Source: Scyliorhinus canicula (lineage: Eukaryota). From it: a stretch of DNA of 64,000 nucleotides. This document shows, one piece after another, positions 60,677 to 64,000 of this stretch. The first letter of the stretch is position 1; each line of letters starts with the position of its first letter. A program made the position numbers and the translations under genes. The stretch is taken from contig NC_052152.1 in assembly GCF_902713615.1 (NCBI RefSeq), positions 149,594,815-149,658,814 on the forward strand. The letters are read 5' to 3'. The notes under the pieces were generated by a model. It was given only the letters and a program-made list of their open reading frames with translations. It was not told where the DNA came from and ran no database searches.

Positions 60677-61367
60677 GCTTGTGTTGTGACTGGGCATGAG
60701 TGTTGTTCGAGTATTTAAAAACAGCTCCTCCTTGTTGGTGGAGAGCTGCTGAGGTCCGAGTCATGCAAATCAGACGGCAAGGGAGCGAGTAATGTTGACA
60801 ATCTTGTGGGGACTAATTTTTGACACTATTTACCACTGAATACGGGCTGTGATCTCACCAACATGGCTGTTGTGAAGCACTCCAACAAACGAGCACAAAT
60901 CCAGACTTTAACTTGAGTCCGCTGAATCGCGTCCATTGTTTTTATGTAATCCAGTGAAGAGGAAAACCAGACAAAGTTAATCCCATTAAAATATTTGATG
61001 GCCTTTGTCGTAACCGAAGTGAAGAATCAGAAAATCCAACTGATTTGATGAAATATTGAGAGCTCCTGAAAAGTGGACAACTTTAAGGTTAAAATTAATG
61101 AGTTAAAGGTTGAGTGCGCAATCTGATCAAAAAATGGCTATGTGTCATTTTGTGCAGTTTTCGCAGAGGGGATCCCCATCAGGTGCTTGGGCACGATCCA
61201 GACCACAAATCACCTACACTTAGTCATTTTTTTTGAGCTTCAGGAAATTAACACTGAACCATCCCACACTTAGATTTTTTTCTGTGATGGGATCTAAAGA
61301 CGTTGGCAAGATCAACTCCTCAAAGCCTTTTTTAAAGGGTGCCTAGATCTCAAAGTTAGTTTCAAGA

Positions 61368-62571
61368 TGTAATGAAAGGAAGATATTTGGAACTTGGCTT
61401 CAGAAATGGGGTCCAAGATGTAGAAGGTAATTTAGGGGTTAAGCAGACTGAAGGAAAAAACAACAGCTGGCAGCAGAGTCAGAGGGATACACCCGCAGCC
61501 TTAGTTAACTTTTCCTATTCACTCTTAACCTCATTAGTGTAAACACACAGAATGCCCCGGCTCAGTCAGGATGATCCACTCAAGATCCATTGTCATTCAG
61601 GACAATCTTGTTTGTCCATCACAGAGTTTGATAGCATATTTGTCCATCAGTGGGAGGTTAGTTGCATATAAATGGCATAGCTCTGTTCTTTTGTATAAAC
61701 AGGTGTGGACAATCAGCCAAGCTAATGATAATGTGTTCTAGTCTGGCTACCTGAGGGGAGAACCTGTGCTTGAGAAGGTAGGCGGAGCTTAGAGAAAGAG
61801 AGAAATAGAATGCTGTTCTGGACAGTTACAGAGAGAAGGCGGTGGAGACCGACCAGAGAGGTCACGAAAGTTGCCACCGATGCAGGCTTCAGAAACAGGT
61901 TCAGAACAAATGTCCCTACCAGAAGGAAAATTGATTTGTAAATGTAAGTATTTTGACTTTCTGTGAAAGTGGCAGGAGTACTGTATGTTCTGTTACTCTG
62001 TTGTCTAATGGGAATTAATGTGTTTAGGTTAAGAAACTACATGTAATCAATCAGTTAGAGCTGAAGTAAAAGTTAAAATACTGTCTCCTTTTCTTTTGTT
62101 TTAAGAAAGTTTGTTTTTAAAATAACCAAACTCTATTTCTAGTACATTATCAATCCTGGGGGTGGCACGGTAGCACGGTGGTTAGCACTGCTGCCTCACA
62201 GCTCCAAGGACCCAAGTTCAATTCCAGCTTTGGGTGATTCTCTGTGTGGATCTTATGCATTCTCCCCGTGTCTGCATGAATTTCCTCCGTGTGCTCCATC
62301 TTAATCCCTTAATCCAAAAATGTGGAGATTAGGTGAATTGGCCATGCAAAATTGTCCCTTAGTGTCCAAAAGGTTAGGTGGACTTACTGGGTTATGGGGA
62401 TAGTGTGGAGGAATGGGCTTAAGTAGGGTGCTCTTTCCAAAGGTTGATGCAGACTCTGCAATTTAAATTCTATGAAATCGATCTTTCCACATTGCATTAA
62501 ATCTTTAAAAAAGTTATTGCATCTGGTCCAGTCTCTTAACCACTGCTGAGATCTGCCCAGGTGCCATAACA
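61368..62571 (+). mobile_element. Solo LTR (long type) containing a SINE
   Basis: TGTAATG...CATAACA ends (same end motif as 38346-39970); TATAAA boxes. Confidence 0.6.
62159..62476 (+). mobile_element. HE1-like SINE (long type)
   Basis: GGGTGGCACGGTAGCACGGTGG head and TTCTATG tail. Confidence 0.85.
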
Positions 62572-62794
62572 AGGGACCTCCACACCCCCAAGCACGGGTT
62601 GAGTTTGATGATTCATTTAAATATGACTAATTTAAATATCAGTGAGGGCATGCTTCAGGTCTCGTCGGGTGCAACGTGTTGGGTGCATCACGCAAAACCC
62701 TGTTTTTAGACCTCTCCCGCTATTCACTGGGAATAGTGGGATCGGCACTGGGCGCAACATAGTGGTAAAATCAGTTATAATTGGTAAAAATAAT

Positions 62795-64000
62795 GGGAGT
62801 GATTCAGCAGGCAAAAGTTAAAATCCACTTTTGGGCAAGGTGAGCGGGGTGTTTCACGCCGGCCTCGTTGGCGAGATCCAGAGTCATGCAAAAACCTCTG
62901 GTCTCCCGCTGGCAGAGACATCGAGGTCCACGGCCCATGCCAATTTGGCCCATTTGCATCCTATTAACGGACATGGCACCATATCCAAGCCTGCATGATC
63001 TTCAGTACTCTGGGCTAGGATTCATGTGGGCAAGAATTGATGAAAATATTTAAAGTGTTGAACTGACGTGGTGGACCTCATGGTGGGCCTAGAGGGTAAC
63101 TCTTTCAGGGCTTTGCCCCCAAAGTTCATCGGAGGACCACCCTCCCCCCGACAATGCAAATCCTGACCATCCCACCCCACTATAACTCCTCCACCGGTGC
63201 CCCCCTCCCCATGAGAGAGACTTCCAACATTGACCCCCTAATTATACAGACCCCCATCAGAAACCCCATGAGACAGCTCCCATCAGAGACCCCCAATTTC
63301 AGAGACTCCCAGCAGAGAAGCCATTTGAGAGAGACTCCCACCGGAGAGCACTCATAAGAGCGATCCCTGCCTGGAAGTTAGACAGCAGTCCCGACAGAGG
63401 CAGTGAAAACAAAAAGGACTGTTTTAAAACTCTCCAGTGCAATACACCTGCTGGCTCAGGCAGAGGAAGCAGTACCTGTAAATTCCTGGAAAGAGATAGC
63501 CAGTCAACTGTGTTTAAACTCCCTTAATATTTGATCTGCAAGTCTTTCATTTATATTTCTGTGAAATTGTTTTAACTCGGCTGTGATTAACAGCTTTCAC
63601 ACACACCCAGCCATCTGGATTATATAATTCATCTTCCTTTAAACTTGAGTGGCTATCAAGTAGACAGCTGTGAAACTAACTGTAATGTTTATAAAAATCT
63701 AGCTGTGACTGACAGCTCCTGGACCACATCAAGAACAGTTGAGTAATTTCTGCAGGAAAAAAAGAGGATGTGAGAGCCTTAGGGCCACGTTTGTCAAGAC
63801 CTGCACCAATTCTCGGCCGCATGATTGATTCCCGCCAAGAGGTTCGGAGAATCATGTGGGTATGGAAAATATGGTGCCCGCCTGGAAATAGGATGCAAAT
63901 GGGTCGTAATGACCCACTTGCATTCACCCGCTGATGTGGGACGCAAACCTTGTTTACGATGCAATGGACCGCAGCAGCCTCCAAACCCAACACTGGGTCT
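62795..64000. mobile_element. Non-autonomous DNA-transposon-like repeat (runs off the window)
   Basis: TIR-like GGGAGTGATTCAGC start; 63350-64000 homologous to 25675-26760. Confidence 0.6.

Larger units (their letters stand above)
56355..60934. mobile_element. PIF/Harbinger deletion derivative (sibling of 13533-17304), with CR1 and SINE insertions
   Basis: TIRs GAGCATGATTCAGCG / CGCTGAATCGCGTCC, flanks ATG/ATT; Myb ORF2 remnant at the right end. Confidence 0.8.
61189..62775. mobile_element. Harbinger-type MITE remnant split by an LTR
   Basis: GGGCACGATC start; the halves join as in the reverse complement of 44560-44740. Confidence 0.5.

Overview
Eukaryotic, repeat-dense, intergenic or intronic DNA, most likely from a cartilaginous fish. 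The shark/catshark assignment is inferred from HE1/V-SINE-like and DeuSINE-like SINEs, CR1/L2 LINEs and GC-rich Harbinger MITEs. No intact host gene could be supported. The window is mostly nested transposons: PIF/Harbinger elements (decayed transposase plus Myb/SANT ORF2) and many of their MITEs, a hAT/Charlie element, CR1, L2, RTE and Penelope retroelements, solo LTRs, a Gypsy remnant and about 20 SINEs. One 5'-truncated CR1 keeps an uninterrupted ~750-codon RT frame. The main result is two intronless, disabled retrocopies of housekeeping genes, each inside a DNA transposon. TAF12 (15900-16644) lies in a Harbinger element whose sibling at 56355-60934 shows the empty site. SDF2 (23297-24151) lies in a TIR/TSD-bounded hAT/Charlie element. 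All family and gene calls come from manual translation and recalled motifs, not database searches. Boundaries of old repeats are approximate.
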